DNA of 64,000 bases from Bacillota bacterium (GTDB lineage: Bacteria > Bacillota > Clostridia > Christensenellales > UBA1242), in assembly GCA_009784185.1 (NCBI GenBank), contig WRCD01000001.1:193698-257697 (forward strand), written 5' to 3'. The first letter of the stretch is position 1. Every line of letters starts with the position of its first letter. The notes under the pieces are model-generated. The model was not told the origin of the DNA. It worked only from the letters and a program-made list of their open reading frames with translations, and ran no database searches. Positions 33,832-44,413 of the stretch are shown in pieces. A program made the position numbers and the translations under genes.

Positions 33832-34124
33832 TGGATACTACAGGTGTTATTATAAAGCCGCTTTTATCTGAAAAGAGCTATGCCGACATTGCAAAGAAAA
33901 AGTACTGGTTTGTGGTTGCTAAAAACGCTACCAAGCCTCAGATAAAACTGGCTGTTGAAAAGCAGTTTAGCGTAACCGTTGATTCGGTAAACACAATTGT
34001 TACCGCAGGCAAGCCCAAGAGACGGCAGGGCAGAATAAACGGATACACAAGTTCAATAAAAAAAGCAGTTGTTACTTTAAAGAAGGACTCAAAGCCGATT
34101 GCGTTCTTTGAAAGTCTATCATAA
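33831..34124 (+). CDS. rplW: 50S ribosomal protein L23
   Basis: IIKPLLSEKS..; operon position. Confidence 0.95.
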   Translation: MDTTGVIIKPLLSEKSYADIAKKKYWFVVAKNATKPQIKLAVEKQFSVTVDSVNTIVTAGKPKRRQGRINGYTSSIKKAVVTLKKDSKPIAFFESLS

Positions 34125-34146
34125 TTAAAAGGAAGGAAGAAGATAA

Positions 34147-34974
34147 ATGGCAGTTAAAAGACATAAACCTATCACGCCCAGTCAGCGTCAGTTAATCTCT
34201 CCTACTTTTGAGGAGATAACAACAAGCAAGCCTGAAAAGAGTTTGCTTAAAACCAAAAAGAAAAATTCGGGCAGAAACAACCGCGGAGTTATTACCGTGC
34301 GTCACAAAGGCGGCGGAAACCGCACAAAGTACAGGGTTATTGACTTTAAGCGCAACAAGGACGGAATTCCCGCTAAGGTTGCAAGCATTGAGTATGACCC
34401 GAACCGAACGGCTTACATTGCACTGCTTAACTACGCCGACGGCGAAAAGCGCTACATTTTAGCGCCGGTCGGGCTGGAGGTTGGGCAAACGGTTATGAGC
34501 GGTAAAACGGCTGAGATTAAGGCCGGCAACAGTATGAAAATGATGGATATGCCGGTTGGTACAGTTGTTCATTGTATTGAGCTAGAGCCAAACCGCGGCG
34601 GACAGATGGCAAGAAGTGCCGGACAGGAAGCAAGGCTTGTCGGTCTTGAAAAAGGTATGGCTATACTTAAGCTTCCAAGCGGAGAAACCCGCAGAGTGGC
34701 CGAAGCCTGCCGTGCTACTATCGGTACGGTTGGCAATCAGGACCATATAAACACACAGCTGGGCAAAGCCGGACGTAAACGCCACATGGGCATCAGGCCA
34801 ACAGTGCGCGGTTCGGTTATGAACCCCAACGACCACCCGCATGGCGGCGGTGAAGGCAAGTGTCCGATTGGAAGACCGAGTCCGGTTACTCCATGGGGCA
34901 AGCCTACAATGGGTAAAAAGACACGAAACAAGCGTAAGCCAAGCAGCAGATTAATTATTAAACGGGTAAATTAG
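34147..34974 (+). CDS. rplB: 50S ribosomal protein L2
   Basis: GRNN.G.IT.RH.GGG.., [13 protein letters not shown]. Confidence 0.98.
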   Translation: MAVKRHKPITPSQRQLISPTFEEITTSKPEKSLLKTKKKNSGRNNRGVITVRHKGGGNRTKYRVIDFKRNKDGIPAKVASIEYDPNRTAYIALLNYADGEKRYILAPVGLEVGQTVMSGKTAEIKAGNSMKMMDMPVGTVVHCIELEPNRGGQMARSAGQEARLVGLEKGMAILKLPSGETRRVAEACRATIGTVGNQDHINTQLGKAGRKRHMGIRPTVRGSVMNPNDHPHGGGEGKCPIGRPSPVTPWGKPTMGKKTRNKRKPSSRLIIKRVN

Positions 34975-34986
34975 GAGTAAGGTAAT

Positions 34987-35271
34987 ATGGGTAAGAGAGA
35001 TAATAAAAAGCCTTTTGTTGAAGAGCGCCTTATGAAGCGTGTTAAAGAACAGAATGCTAAAAACGAAAAAAAGCCGCTTAAAACCTGGTCTAGGGCCAGC
35101 ACAATTTATCCCGATATGGTTGGGCACACCATTGCTGTTCATAACGGCAAAAAGCACATTCCCGTATATTGCTCGGTGGAAATGGTCGGACACAAATTAG
35201 GGGAGTTTTCTCCTACCAAAAACTTTAAAAGCCATGCAGGCGGCAAAACCGCTGTTAAGGGCAAGAAATAG
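34987..35271 (+). CDS. rpsS: 30S ribosomal protein S19
   Basis: [26 protein letters not shown]. Confidence 0.95.
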   Translation: MGKRDNKKPFVEERLMKRVKEQNAKNEKKPLKTWSRASTIYPDMVGHTIAVHNGKKHIPVYCSVEMVGHKLGEFSPTKNFKSHAGGKTAVKGKK

Positions 35272-35289
35272 CAGGGGAGAGATTAAACT

Positions 35290-35871
35290 ATGGCAAAAAG
35301 AATGAGAGAAAAGGCAGCCGCAAGAGCGGAAAACGCCGAAAAGCGTCCGAATGCAACTGCCAGTTATGTAAGGATGAGTGCATCTAAGGCCAGAATTGTG
35401 CTTGATATAATTCGCGGCGCAAGGTACACAGACGCAATTGCAATCCTTATGCACACTCCTAAGGGTGCATCTAAAACCGTACTTAAGGTGCTGCAGAGTG
35501 CCGGTGCTAACGCTGAAAACAATTTGAACTTAAGCAAGGACGACTTGTTTGTGGCAGAATGCTACGCTAACGAGGGCCCGACACTTAAGCGCTGGTGGCC
35601 AAGAAGTCATGGCAGTGCGGATACGATTAACAAGCGTACCTGCCACATTACAATTATTCTGGACGAAAAAAAGGTTGAAAAGCCTGTAGCTAAGCCTAAG
35701 GCTGCTAAAGCAGCCAGTGAAAAAAGTTTGGCTAAACCAATTGAGGCGGCCGAGGTAAAAGAAGAGAAGCCGGTAAAGACAGAAAAGCCTAAAACAACCA
35801 CTAAAACAACTTCAACAACCAAGAGTCAGGCTAAGCCTGCTGTAAAATCAACAAAAGGAGGCGCAAAATAG
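35290..35871 (+). CDS. rplV: 50S ribosomal protein L22 with a Lys/Ala/Thr-rich C-terminal extension of about 80 aa
   Basis: A.A..VRMSASKAR.VLD.IRG core. The extension begins around aa 115. Confidence 0.95.
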   Translation: MAKRMREKAAARAENAEKRPNATASYVRMSASKARIVLDIIRGARYTDAIAILMHTPKGASKTVLKVLQSAGANAENNLNLSKDDLFVAECYANEGPTLKRWWPRSHGSADTINKRTCHITIILDEKKVEKPVAKPKAAKAASEKSLAKPIEAAEVKEEKPVKTEKPKTTTKTTSTTKSQAKPAVKSTKGGAK

Positions 35872-35872
35872 T

Positions 35873-36544
35873 ATGGGTCAAAAAGTAAGTGCTCACGGAC
35901 TCAGAGTCGGCGTTATTAAAGACTGGGATGCTACCTGGTACGCAAATAAGAAAGACTTTGCTGAACTGTTGAAAGAAGATAACACTATTCGTGAGTATAT
36001 TCAAAAGAAATATCATGACGCTCAGGTGTCCCGTGTTACTATTGAGCGTACCGACGGTAAAGTTACTATTAATATTATTACGGCTAAGCCCGGCATGATT
36101 ATTGGAAGCAAAGGCGCCGGAATTGATGCTTTAAACAAAGCCATTAAAAAGATTGCGGTTGGCAAGCAGGTTACTATTAATGTTAAAGAAGTTAAGAAGC
36201 CCGACACCGATGCTACCATTAACGCTCAGAGCATTGCAGCTCAGATTGAAAAGCGAATTTTAGTTAAGCGTGCAATAAAGAGCACACTGCAAAAAGTTAT
36301 GAAAGCCGGAGCCCTGGGCTGCAAGATTGCGGTTGCAGGCAGAATAAACGGTGCTGAAATTGCGCGTACCGAGCAGTTTGCTTTAGGAAGTGTGCCGCTG
36401 CACACAATCAGGGCTGACATAGACTACGGTTTTGCCGAAGCTCATACCACATATGGCGTGCTTGGTGTTAAGGTATGGATTTACAAGGGCGAAGTTTTGG
36501 AAAAGCCAAAGAAAAACGCTTCTGTTAAAGGAGGCGAAAAATAA
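35873..36544 (+). CDS. rpsC: 30S ribosomal protein S3
   Basis: [20 protein letters not shown]. Confidence 0.98.
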   Translation: MGQKVSAHGLRVGVIKDWDATWYANKKDFAELLKEDNTIREYIQKKYHDAQVSRVTIERTDGKVTINIITAKPGMIIGSKGAGIDALNKAIKKIAVGKQVTINVKEVKKPDTDATINAQSIAAQIEKRILVKRAIKSTLQKVMKAGALGCKIAVAGRINGAEIARTEQFALGSVPLHTIRADIDYGFAEAHTTYGVLGVKVWIYKGEVLEKPKKNASVKGGEK

Positions 36545-37032
36545 TGTTAATGCCAAAAAGGTCGTTGCATAGGAAAGTTCAGAAGGGACGAATGAGAGGT
36601 ACTGCTACCAGGGGAAACCGGGTAACATACGGAGAGTTTGGGCTTGCTGCAACCGAGTGCGGCTGGGTTAAGAGTAACCAGATAGAGTCAGCACGTATTG
36701 CAATGACAAGATATATGAAAAGATTCGGTAAGGTTTGGATTAAAATTTTTCCGGACAAACCTATTACCAAAAAACCTGCCGAAACCCGTATGGGTAAAGG
36801 TAAGGGTAATCCGGAATACTGGGTAGCTGTTGTTAAGCCCGGCAGAGTTATGTTTGAAATAGCCGAAGTCAGCCAGGAAGTAGCAAGGGAAGCCTTGAGA
36901 CTGGCAAGCCATAAACTTCCGGTTAAAACAAAATTTGTAATTAAATCGGAGCTTGATGCAGAGCTTGATGCAATGGCCGAAAATGCCAAAGCATATAAAG
37001 AAAGCATTTCTACAAAAGGCGGTGAGAAATAA
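36544..37032 (+). CDS. rplP: 50S ribosomal protein L16 with a short C-terminal extension
   Basis: MLMPKR...RK...GRM.G.A.RGN.V.YGEFGL; RMGKGKG. Confidence 0.97.
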   Translation: MLMPKRSLHRKVQKGRMRGTATRGNRVTYGEFGLAATECGWVKSNQIESARIAMTRYMKRFGKVWIKIFPDKPITKKPAETRMGKGKGNPEYWVAVVKPGRVMFEIAEVSQEVAREALRLASHKLPVKTKFVIKSELDAELDAMAENAKAYKESISTKGGEK

Positions 37033-37250
37033 TGAAGGTACAAGAGTTAAGAGACCTCACTACCGAGGAGCTTAAAGCTAAGCTGAAAGACCTGAAGCAA
37101 GAACATTTTAATCTTCGTTTTTCGCACGCTACAGGCCAGCTTAGTAACCCAATGATGTTAAACACGGTAAAAAAGGATATAGCCAGGGCAATTACAATAC
37201 TTAAAGAGCGTGAAGCCAAGTCGGAAAAAACAAAGGTGGAGGCTAAGTAA
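37032..37250 (+). CDS. rpmC: 50S ribosomal protein L29
   Basis: ELR.LT.EEL...L.DLK.E.FNLRF. Confidence 0.95.
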   Translation: MKVQELRDLTTEELKAKLKDLKQEHFNLRFSHATGQLSNPMMLNTVKKDIARAITILKEREAKSEKTKVEAK

Positions 37251-37252
37251 TT

Positions 37253-37696
37253 ATGGAAGCAAAAACAAAGAAAGCAGAAGTAAAAACTCCTGCACCGAAA
37301 AAAGAGATAAAAAAACCGGCTGCTAAATCTGCTGTTAAGGCGGAAAAGCCTGCGGCTAAAGCTGTTAAGCCTGCTGCAGTTAAAAAACCGGCAGCGGAAA
37401 AACCGGTTAAGGCTGCAAAGCCTGTTAAAGCAGAAACTGCAGATGACCGCAACAATCGTAAAACCCGGGTGGGAGTAGTGGTAAGCAACAGGATGCAAAA
37501 AACAATTGTGGTTGCAATTGAAAACAATATCCGCCACCCGATTTACAAAAAGATTGTTAAGAAAACAAAGAAATTTAAAGTGCATGACGAGCTCAACGAA
37601 TGCAAAATTGGCGATGTGGTCGAAATTGCCGAAACCCGCCACTTGTCTCGCGACAAATACTTCAGGCTGGTGCGGATAATTGAACGAGCGAAATAA
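37253..37696 (+). CDS. rpsQ: 30S ribosomal protein S17 with a Lys/Ala/Pro-rich N-terminal extension of about 60 aa
   Basis: Core [20 protein letters not shown]....HP.Y.K. There is no in-frame alternative start between ATG 37253 and the core. Confidence 0.93.
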   Translation: MEAKTKKAEVKTPAPKKEIKKPAAKSAVKAEKPAAKAVKPAAVKKPAAEKPVKAAKPVKAETADDRNNRKTRVGVVVSNRMQKTIVVAIENNIRHPIYKKIVKKTKKFKVHDELNECKIGDVVEIAETRHLSRDKYFRLVRIIERAK

Positions 37697-37711
37697 AGGA
37701 AGTAAAATCTT

Positions 37712-38080
37712 ATGGTAATGCCACAAACAAAATTGAAGGTAGCTGACAACACCGGTGCAAAAACCATTATGTGCATCAGAGTGCTTGGCGGCAGTTTCAG
37801 GAAGAGCGGTAACATAGGCGACGTTATTGTTGCTTCGGTCAAGACTGCTATCCCAGGCGGAAGCGTTAAGAAGGGCGATGTTGTTAAAGCAGTTATTGTC
37901 AGGACGTCTAAAGGCGTGCGGAGAGCTGACGGCAGCACGATTCGTTTTGATGACAATGCGGCTGTAATTATAGACAAAGACAAGCAGCCCAAGGGGACTC
38001 GTATTTTTGGACCTATTGCTCGTGAATTGCGTGAAAAAGACTATATGAAGATTATATCGCTTGCACCGGAAGTGCTTTAA
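37712..38080 (+). CDS. rplN: 50S ribosomal protein L14
   Basis: [10 protein letters not shown]...CIRVLGG. Confidence 0.98.
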   Translation: MVMPQTKLKVADNTGAKTIMCIRVLGGSFRKSGNIGDVIVASVKTAIPGGSVKKGDVVKAVIVRTSKGVRRADGSTIRFDDNAAVIIDKDKQPKGTRIFGPIARELREKDYMKIISLAPEVL

Positions 38081-38096
38081 AGGGAGAAGCTAGAGT

Positions 38097-38678
38097 ATGG
38101 CAATTGGAATTAAGACCGGCGACAACTGTTTGGTTATAGCCGGAAAAGACAAGGGTAAAACCGGCAAGGTAATGGCGGTTGACCCGCATGCCGGCAGAAT
38201 TGTGATAGAAGGCGTTAATATCGTTCACCGTCACAGAAAGCCGAGAAGTGCTAAAGACAAGGGCGGTATTATTAAGCGCGAGGCGGCAATTGACATAAGC
38301 AACGTGCAGATTATTTGTGCGGCTTGTAATAAAGCCACCAGAATAGGACACAAAGACGACGGAAAAGGCAATAAAAGCCGGGTTTGCAAAAAGTGCGGAG
38401 CGGTGCTGATTGGCACAAAGCGAAGTGCTAAGTCTGCTAAAAAAGAAGCTAAAAAAGAGGCTAAAGCTGAAGCAAAGGCGGCAGTAAAGGGTGCAGCGGC
38501 AAGTGAAAAACTTGCAGCAAAAGCTACCAAACAATCCGACAGGGCTAAGGCCGTAAGCACTCCTAAAAAGGCTGCGGTTGCAAAAACTACACAAAAACCG
38601 ACCAAAGAAGTGAAGGGTGCAAGTGTAAGCAAGGCGGCTGTAAAGCGTTCGGTAGACAAAGGAGCGGGGGCTAAATAA
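38097..38678 (+). CDS. rplX: 50S ribosomal protein L24 with a Cys4 knuckle and a Lys/Ala-rich C-terminal extension of about 85 aa
   Basis: [21 protein letters not shown] core; CAACNK..CKKCG. Confidence 0.93.
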   Translation: MAIGIKTGDNCLVIAGKDKGKTGKVMAVDPHAGRIVIEGVNIVHRHRKPRSAKDKGGIIKREAAIDISNVQIICAACNKATRIGHKDDGKGNKSRVCKKCGAVLIGTKRSAKSAKKEAKKEAKAEAKAAVKGAAASEKLAAKATKQSDRAKAVSTPKKAAVAKTTQKPTKEVKGASVSKAAVKRSVDKGAGAK

Positions 38679-39268
38679 TGAGTAAAACAGAAAATCAGGT
38701 TAAAACCAAAGTGGTGGCAGGCAAAAAGCCGCGCCTTTTGGAATTTTATAACGAAACCGTTGTGCCCGGATTGATGAAAGAGCTGAAAATGAAGAACCGC
38801 AACGAGGTTCCGAGGGTTGATAAAATTGTTATTAACGCCGGACTGGGTGATGTAAAAGACAACGCTAAAAGCTTTAATGCGGCAGTTGATGAAATTGCGA
38901 TTATTACCGGTCAGAAGCCGGTTGTGACTCTGGCTAAAAAGTCGGTATCCAACTTTAAACTCAGGCAGGGTATGCGTATTGGAGCCAAGGTTACTTTGCG
39001 CGGAAACCAGATGTACGAGTTTTTAGACAGGCTTATATCAGTTGCACTGCCGCGCGTGCGTGACTTTAGGGGAGTTTCTCCAAAAAGTTTTGACAGCAAG
39101 GGCAATTACAACATGGGCATTAAAGAACAATTGGTGTTTCCTGAAATAAGCTATGATAAAATAGAAAAAGTAAGAGGCTTTGACGTTTGCATTGTAACAA
39201 CTGCAAGTAACGACGCTGAAGCCAAGGCGCTCCTGGATTACATGGGAATGCCGTTTAAAAAGAATTAG
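38678..39268 (+). CDS. rplE: 50S ribosomal protein L5
   Basis: N.M.VPR..KIV.N.G.G; RGFD..I.TTA. Confidence 0.97.
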   Translation: MSKTENQVKTKVVAGKKPRLLEFYNETVVPGLMKELKMKNRNEVPRVDKIVINAGLGDVKDNAKSFNAAVDEIAIITGQKPVVTLAKKSVSNFKLRQGMRIGAKVTLRGNQMYEFLDRLISVALPRVRDFRGVSPKSFDSKGNYNMGIKEQLVFPEISYDKIEKVRGFDVCIVTTASNDAEAKALLDYMGMPFKKN

Positions 39269-39282
39269 GGAGGGTGTGCAAA

Positions 39283-39468
39283 ATGGCAAGAAAAAGTTTG
39301 GTTTTAAAGCAACAGGGCAAACAGAAGTACAAATCGCGTGAATATACGCGCTGTTCAATTTGCGGCCGCCCGAGAGCTGTCCTGAAAAAATACGGAATCT
39401 GCCGTGTTTGTTTCAGAGAAATGGCTTACCGCGGTGAAATTCCCGGTGTAAAAAAGGCTAGCTGGTAA
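39283..39468 (+). CDS. rpsN: 30S ribosomal protein S14 type Z (zinc form, 61 aa)
   Basis: MARKSLV.K......[35 protein letters not shown]. Confidence 0.95.
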   Translation: MARKSLVLKQQGKQKYKSREYTRCSICGRPRAVLKKYGICRVCFREMAYRGEIPGVKKASW

Positions 39469-39477
39469 GGAGGAATT

Positions 39478-39873
39478 ATGGTAGTTACAGATGTAATAGC
39501 AGATATGCTTACCCGAATAAGAAATGCAATAAACGCTAAGCACGAAAGTGTAGACGTTCCTGCATCTAAGCTTAAAGAGGCAATTGCCCAAATTTTGCTT
39601 GATGAAGGCTATATTGCAGGTTTTTCAATGGTTACTGAGCCATATGATACCATCAGAATAGTTTTGAAGTATGACGAAAAAGGCATGAGTGTAATATCTG
39701 GTCTTAGAAGAATTTCTAAGCCGGGTCTTAGAATTTATGCTAACAGGGACAAGCTTCCTAAAGTGCTTAACGGGCTTGGGATAGCAATTATTTCTACCAG
39801 CAACGGGCTTATGACAGATAAGACTGCAAGAACCAAAAACACAGGCGGCGAAGTGCTTGCCTATGTGTGGTAG
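39478..39873 (+). CDS. rpsH: 30S ribosomal protein S8
   Basis: [13 protein letters not shown]; GGEVL.YVW C-terminus. Confidence 0.97.
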   Translation: MVVTDVIADMLTRIRNAINAKHESVDVPASKLKEAIAQILLDEGYIAGFSMVTEPYDTIRIVLKYDEKGMSVISGLRRISKPGLRIYANRDKLPKVLNGLGIAIISTSNGLMTDKTARTKNTGGEVLAYVW

Positions 39874-39884
39874 GGGGTGTGGAT

Positions 39885-40430
39885 ATGTCTAGAATAGGAA
39901 GAGAAGAAATTGTGCTGGAACCTAATGTGGAAATAAGCGTGTCAAACAAGAACCTGGTAACAATTAAGGGACCTTTGGGAGAGCTTAGACAACAGGTTGA
40001 CCCGGAAATTAAGGTTGAAGTAGACGGTAAAAGGGTCAGGCTGACCAGGCTTACGGAAACTAAAGAAGCTAAGGCAGCACACGGCTTGTACCGCAGCCTG
40101 CTAAACAATATGGCAGTTGGTGTTACCAAGGGTTTTAGTAAATCCCTTGTTATAAACGGTGTTGGCTACAAAGTTGCACAGCAGGGCAACGACATTGTTC
40201 TTAACGTTGGACTGTCGCATCAGGTTGTAGTAAAAGCAAAGCCCGGAATTAAGTTGTCCTGTCCTACAGCGCTGGAAATTAAAGTAACCGGTGCAAACAA
40301 ACAGGAAGTGGGGCAGATGGCTGCTGAAATCAGGGCAGTTAAAAAGGTCGAGCCGTACCATCTTTACGGAATTCGTTATTCCGATGAAGTGGTAGTGAAG
40401 AAACAGGGTAAAACTACCGGTAAGAAATAA
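39885..40430 (+). CDS. rplF: 50S ribosomal protein L6
   Basis: MSRIG...I......V.....V.IKGP.GEL. RBS before ATG 39885. Confidence 0.95.
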   Translation: MSRIGREEIVLEPNVEISVSNKNLVTIKGPLGELRQQVDPEIKVEVDGKRVRLTRLTETKEAKAAHGLYRSLLNNMAVGVTKGFSKSLVINGVGYKVAQQGNDIVLNVGLSHQVVVKAKPGIKLSCPTALEIKVTGANKQEVGQMAAEIRAVKKVEPYHLYGIRYSDEVVVKKQGKTTGKK

Positions 40431-40446
40431 GGGAGCGTAATATCAA

Positions 40447-40815
40447 ATGATTATAAAACAGGACAAAAATGAAGAGCGCAAACGCAGGCACGCAAGGGTA
40501 CGTCAGAAACTGAGCGGTACGCACGAAATTCCCAGACTTAATGTTTACCGGAGCTTGAACCATGTTTATGTTCAGTTTATAGATGACGAATTAGGTGTTA
40601 CTCTGGCGGCGGTATCAAGCAATGAAAAGGCTATGACAGCAGCAGTTAAAGACAAAACCAAATCCGAAGCGGCTTATATAGTAGGCCAGGAAGCGGCAAA
40701 ACGAGCAAAAGCAAAAAAGATAACCAAAGTAGTTTTTGACCGCAGCGGATACATTTACACAGGACGCGTTAAGTCTCTTGCCGAAGGCGCAAGGGCCGGC
40801 GGACTGGAGTTTTAG
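40447..40815 (+). CDS. rplR: 50S ribosomal protein L18
   Basis: R.RRH.R.R.K..GT...PRL.V.RS..H.Y.Q.IDD; FDR.GY.Y.GRV..LA...R..GL.F. Confidence 0.97.
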   Translation: MIIKQDKNEERKRRHARVRQKLSGTHEIPRLNVYRSLNHVYVQFIDDELGVTLAAVSSNEKAMTAAVKDKTKSEAAYIVGQEAAKRAKAKKITKVVFDRSGYIYTGRVKSLAEGARAGGLEF

Positions 40816-40833
40816 GAAGGAGTGGGATAGAAA

Positions 40834-41433
40834 ATGGCAGATTTAGAAGAACAGGCGGTTGAAACAGCACCGAGTACAGCAGCTAAGCCTGAACAGAATA
40901 GGAATAACAAACACGACAACCGCCCGCGAAAACCTAGAGAGGACAGGCCAAAACGCGAAGCTGATGAGTTTGAAAAACGCATGATTGAGTTAATCAGCGT
41001 TCAGAAAACCGTTATGGGCGGCCGAACTTTGTCGTTTAGGGCACTTTGTGTTGTAGGTGACAAAAAGGGCAGAGTAGGCTTGGGCATAGGTAAAGCGCGC
41101 GAGACTATTAACGCAATTGAGAAGGGCTTTGTTGAAGCCAAAAAGAATATGATTACCGTTCCGATAGTAGGTACAACAATCCCGCATGAAATTGATGCTA
41201 AGTTTGGCGCATCCAAAGTTAAGTTTATGCCGGCTAAAGAAGGCGCGGGCGTAATTGCGGGCGGTGCGGCCAGAGCTGTACTTGAAATTGCCGGGATTAA
41301 GGATGTTACGGGTAAGCTGTATGGCAGCCGTAACAAAGTTAACAGCGGTAAAGCTACCTTTGAGGCACTTAAAAAATTACGTGTAAAAGAGCAGATGGCT
41401 GCAAAACGCGGCAAAACTGCCGAGGAAGTGTAA
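40834..41433 (+). CDS. rpsE: 30S ribosomal protein S5 with a charged N-terminal extension of about 40 aa
   Basis: V.KTVMGGR..SFRAL.VVGD..GRVG.G.GKA.E core. Confidence 0.95.
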   Translation: MADLEEQAVETAPSTAAKPEQNRNNKHDNRPRKPREDRPKREADEFEKRMIELISVQKTVMGGRTLSFRALCVVGDKKGRVGLGIGKARETINAIEKGFVEAKKNMITVPIVGTTIPHEIDAKFGASKVKFMPAKEGAGVIAGGAARAVLEIAGIKDVTGKLYGSRNKVNSGKATFEALKKLRVKEQMAAKRGKTAEEV

Positions 41434-41435
41434 TT

Positions 41436-41819
41436 ATGGCAGAAACTAAAACAACAGAAAAGAAAACTGCATCTAAACCTGCAGTAAAAACTGCTCCAAA
41501 GGCAGCGGCAAAACCGGCTGCAGCAAAACCGGCTGCGGCTAAACCGGCCGCAAAAGTTGCTGCTCCAAAGGCTGCGGCTAAACCGGCTGCGGTTAAAGCA
41601 ACTGCCGCAAAGGCAGAGGCAAAGCCCGCTAAGCCAGCCGGCAAGCAGATAAAAATTACTTTAGTAAGAAGCGTGATTTGCACTTTACCAAAACAGCGCA
41701 AAACTATTAAAGCATTGGGCTTAACAAAAATTAACCAGACTAAAATTATGCCCGACAACAACGCAATCCGCGGCATGATTAAAGTAGTAAATCACTTAGT
41801 TAAAGTAGAAGAAGTTTAG
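41436..41819 (+). CDS. rpmD: 50S ribosomal protein L30 with an AKP-repeat N-terminal extension of about 68 aa
   Basis: Core KITLVRS.I....KQR.T..ALGL.K.N. The extension is AKPAAAKPAAAKPAAK. Confidence 0.9.
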   Translation: MAETKTTEKKTASKPAVKTAPKAAAKPAAAKPAAAKPAAKVAAPKAAAKPAAVKATAAKAEAKPAKPAGKQIKITLVRSVICTLPKQRKTIKALGLTKINQTKIMPDNNAIRGMIKVVNHLVKVEEV

Positions 41820-41837
41820 AGGAGGCTAAGGGTAAAT

Positions 41838-42284
41838 ATGAATTTACATGAATTGCAGCCTGCGCCAAACTCTAAAAAGGGCAGAACCAGAGTAGGGCGC
41901 GGAAGAGGCTCCGGCATAGGTAAAACTTCCGGAAGAGGTGAAAACGGACAAAACAAACGCAGCGGCGGCGGAACACGTCCGCTGTTTGAAGGCGGACAGA
42001 TTGCGCTTACTCAGAAGCTGCCAAAGCGCGGTTTTACAAACGCAAGATTTAAGCGTCAATTTGCAATTGTTAATGTGGGCGATTTAGAAACGTTTGCGGC
42101 TAACACAACAGTTACCGCCGAACTTTTAAAAGAGAAGCGCATAATCAGCAAAATAGAAAAAGACGGGCTCAAGGTGCTTGGCAACGGAAAAATTACCAAA
42201 GCATTAACAATAAAGGCTGAAAAGTGGTCGGAAACGGCTGAAAAGAAGATTACCAAGGCTGGCGGAACTATTAAGGAGGCGTAA
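41838..42284 (+). CDS. rplO: 50S ribosomal protein L15
   Basis: L..L.PA..S...R.RVGRG.GSG.GKTSGRG..GQ. Confidence 0.97.
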   Translation: MNLHELQPAPNSKKGRTRVGRGRGSGIGKTSGRGENGQNKRSGGGTRPLFEGGQIALTQKLPKRGFTNARFKRQFAIVNVGDLETFAANTTVTAELLKEKRIISKIEKDGLKVLGNGKITKALTIKAEKWSETAEKKITKAGGTIKEA

Positions 42285-43624
42285 TGTTTAGAACTCTTAT
42301 TGACGCATTTAAACAAAAAGACCTGCGTAATAAAATACTGCTTACATTATTCATTTTGCTTGTATACCGCATTGGCTGCTGGATACCCGTACCGGGTATT
42401 GAACCTGCAGCTTTTGATACCAGTTTCAGCGGCGAGTCCGCAACCTTTTTGGGGCTTTTAAGTTCAATTACGGGCGGAGCACTAAGTAACGGAGCATTGT
42501 TAGCGCTGGGTGTAATTCCGTACATTTCGGCATCGATTATTATGCAGTTGTTAACCATTGCAATCCCGTCGTTGGAGCGTCTTAGTAAAAGCGGCGACGA
42601 AGGCAGAAAAAAGATTGGTAAAATTACCAGATGGGCAGCTTTAATTTTATCTACGGCTCAGGCAATTGCAATTGTAATTGCGTTCAGCACAAACGGTGCC
42701 ATAAATACCGGAGCGTTGGGTCCGCTGATTGAAGCAAACGTGCCATGGCTGGTAGCAGCAATTGTTGCGGCAGTTTTAATTGCAGGCGGTATGTTTACGC
42801 TATGGCTGGGTGAAAAGATTACCGATTTGAAAATCGGAAACGGTGTTTCACTGTTGATTTTTGTGGGAATTTTAGCTTCAGCCGGTCAGGCAATATTACA
42901 GAGCATTCAGGCGGCTGTTGCGGATATAGACAAAATCTGGTCACTGATTATATTCCTTGGTACGGTTATATTAATTTTCGGGCTGATTGTATTTATAGAC
43001 CTGGCCGAGCGCAGAATTCCTGTCCAGTACGCCAAGCAGATTAAAGGCAGGAAAATGTACGGCGGGCAGAACACGCATATTCCTATTAAGGTAAACAGCT
43101 CAGGTGTGCTTCCGTTAATTTTTGCAACTGCGCTTGTGGCGTTTCCGCAATTATTAATGAGCATATTCTGGCCTACCAGTCCTGCGTTTGAATGGTATTC
43201 AACAAACATGGGTATGGGAAGCTGGCCGTTCTTTGTGGTTACTGCAATATTAATTTTCTTCTTTACGTATTTCTACTCGCAAATTGCGTTTAACCCTGAG
43301 GATGTAAGCAGAAGTCTGCAGCAAAACGGCGGGTTTGTGCAAGGTTATCGGGCAGGCAAGCCGACGGCTGATTACCTGAAAAAGATTTCAAGCAGAATTA
43401 CTTTCTTTGGTGCAACTTACCTAGCGTTTATATTTATTATTCCAAGCTTAGCGTTTAAGAGTATCCAGGATTTTACCACAATCGGCGGAAGCGCCGGTGC
43501 TGCGGGACTGGTTACGGCTTTTAGTGTAACGGGATTACTCATTGTAGTTAGTGTTGCGCTGGAGTTTGATAAACAGCTTAATGCGCAGATGATGATGAAA
43601 AACTATCGTGGATTTTTGAAGTAG
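42284..43624 (+). CDS. secY: Preprotein translocase subunit SecY
   Basis: About 10 TM segments; LGV.PYISASIIMQLL; follows rplO. Confidence 0.97.
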   Translation: MFRTLIDAFKQKDLRNKILLTLFILLVYRIGCWIPVPGIEPAAFDTSFSGESATFLGLLSSITGGALSNGALLALGVIPYISASIIMQLLTIAIPSLERLSKSGDEGRKKIGKITRWAALILSTAQAIAIVIAFSTNGAINTGALGPLIEANVPWLVAAIVAAVLIAGGMFTLWLGEKITDLKIGNGVSLLIFVGILASAGQAILQSIQAAVADIDKIWSLIIFLGTVILIFGLIVFIDLAERRIPVQYAKQIKGRKMYGGQNTHIPIKVNSSGVLPLIFATALVAFPQLLMSIFWPTSPAFEWYSTNMGMGSWPFFVVTAILIFFFTYFYSQIAFNPEDVSRSLQQNGGFVQGYRAGKPTADYLKKISSRITFFGATYLAFIFIIPSLAFKSIQDFTTIGGSAGAAGLVTAFSVTGLLIVVSVALEFDKQLNAQMMMKNYRGFLK

Positions 43625-43630
43625 ACACTT

Positions 43631-43741
43631 GTCATTGCGAGACGGTCTTGCATAGCCAACAAGCGAAGCAATCCCCCTAATAGAAGTTCTGTAGATGGGA
43701 TTACTTCGTTTGAAGGGGCAGGAAGAAGGGCTCGTAATGAC
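43631..43741 (+). repeat. Family-3 element with 11-bp terminal inverted repeats, between secY and adk
   Basis: GTCATTGCGAG ... CGAAGCAATCCC..GGGATTACTTCG ... CTCGTAATGAC. Confidence 0.8.
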
Positions 43742-43766
43742 AGTAGTCAGACAAGGAGTTATGTCT

Positions 43767-44411
43767 ATGAACTTATTTATTATCGGCCCCGCCGGCAGCG
43801 GCAAGGGCACACACGCGCTTAGTATAGCAAACAGGTATGGCATGACACTTATAAAGGTAGGTGACGGGCTCAGAGACCTGGTGCGTTCCGGCTCTGAAGA
43901 GGGTAGGATTGCCGCCGCTCACATGAACTCCGGCGGAATGGTTCCGCCCGAGATTACGGTTGCAACCATTAAAAAACAACTGGACCAATATCCGAAAGGC
44001 ACAAACTTTGTAGTTGATTCCGCACCGTACGATATGCATCAGGCGGGGTTATTGGATGAAGCGGTAGGAATTGACTATATGCTGCTGATTGATTTTGATG
44101 ATTATACACCGCTGTTTGAGCGCCTCACAAAGCGCAGAATGTGTCCCGGGTGCCACTTAACGACAAGCCTGATGGAGGCACCAAACGAAACTTGCCCAAA
44201 ATGCGGCGGAGCCCTTGCAATAAGGGATGACGACAAGCCGGAAGTTGTTAAAGAACGGCTGAACCATTTTGAGAAGAACATAAGGCCGGTTGCCGAGCAT
44301 TTCAGCACCAAAGGCAAGCTGATAAGAGTAATTGGTGACGGCACCATACCCCAGATTTGGGAGAGGATAATTTTTAAGCTGGACATGATATTTAAAGTTA
44401 AGGAAGTGTAG
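43767..44411 (+). CDS. adk: Adenylate kinase (zinc-lid type)
   Basis: P-loop GPAGSGKGT; lid CPGC..CPKCGG..RDDD. AAGGAG RBS before ATG 43767. Confidence 0.9.
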   Translation: MNLFIIGPAGSGKGTHALSIANRYGMTLIKVGDGLRDLVRSGSEEGRIAAAHMNSGGMVPPEITVATIKKQLDQYPKGTNFVVDSAPYDMHQAGLLDEAVGIDYMLLIDFDDYTPLFERLTKRRMCPGCHLTTSLMEAPNETCPKCGGALAIRDDDKPEVVKERLNHFEKNIRPVAEHFSTKGKLIRVIGDGTIPQIWERIIFKLDMIFKVKEV

Positions 44412-44413
44412 TT

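Noticed and set aside
37010-37726. 238-aa minus-strand ORF, and similar antisense ORFs at 38052-38594, 38231-38659, 41369-41776, 41001-41414 and 36579-37043
   Set aside because: They are the mirror image of the low-complexity Lys/Ala-rich extensions of bona fide ribosomal protein genes. They have no RBS and a biased F/L/S/A composition typical of antisense frames.
43695-43766. N-terminal extension of adk
   Set aside because: The extension is encoded by the family-3 repeat. An AAGGAG RBS sits before ATG 43767, and the P-loop follows directly, as in normal adenylate kinases.
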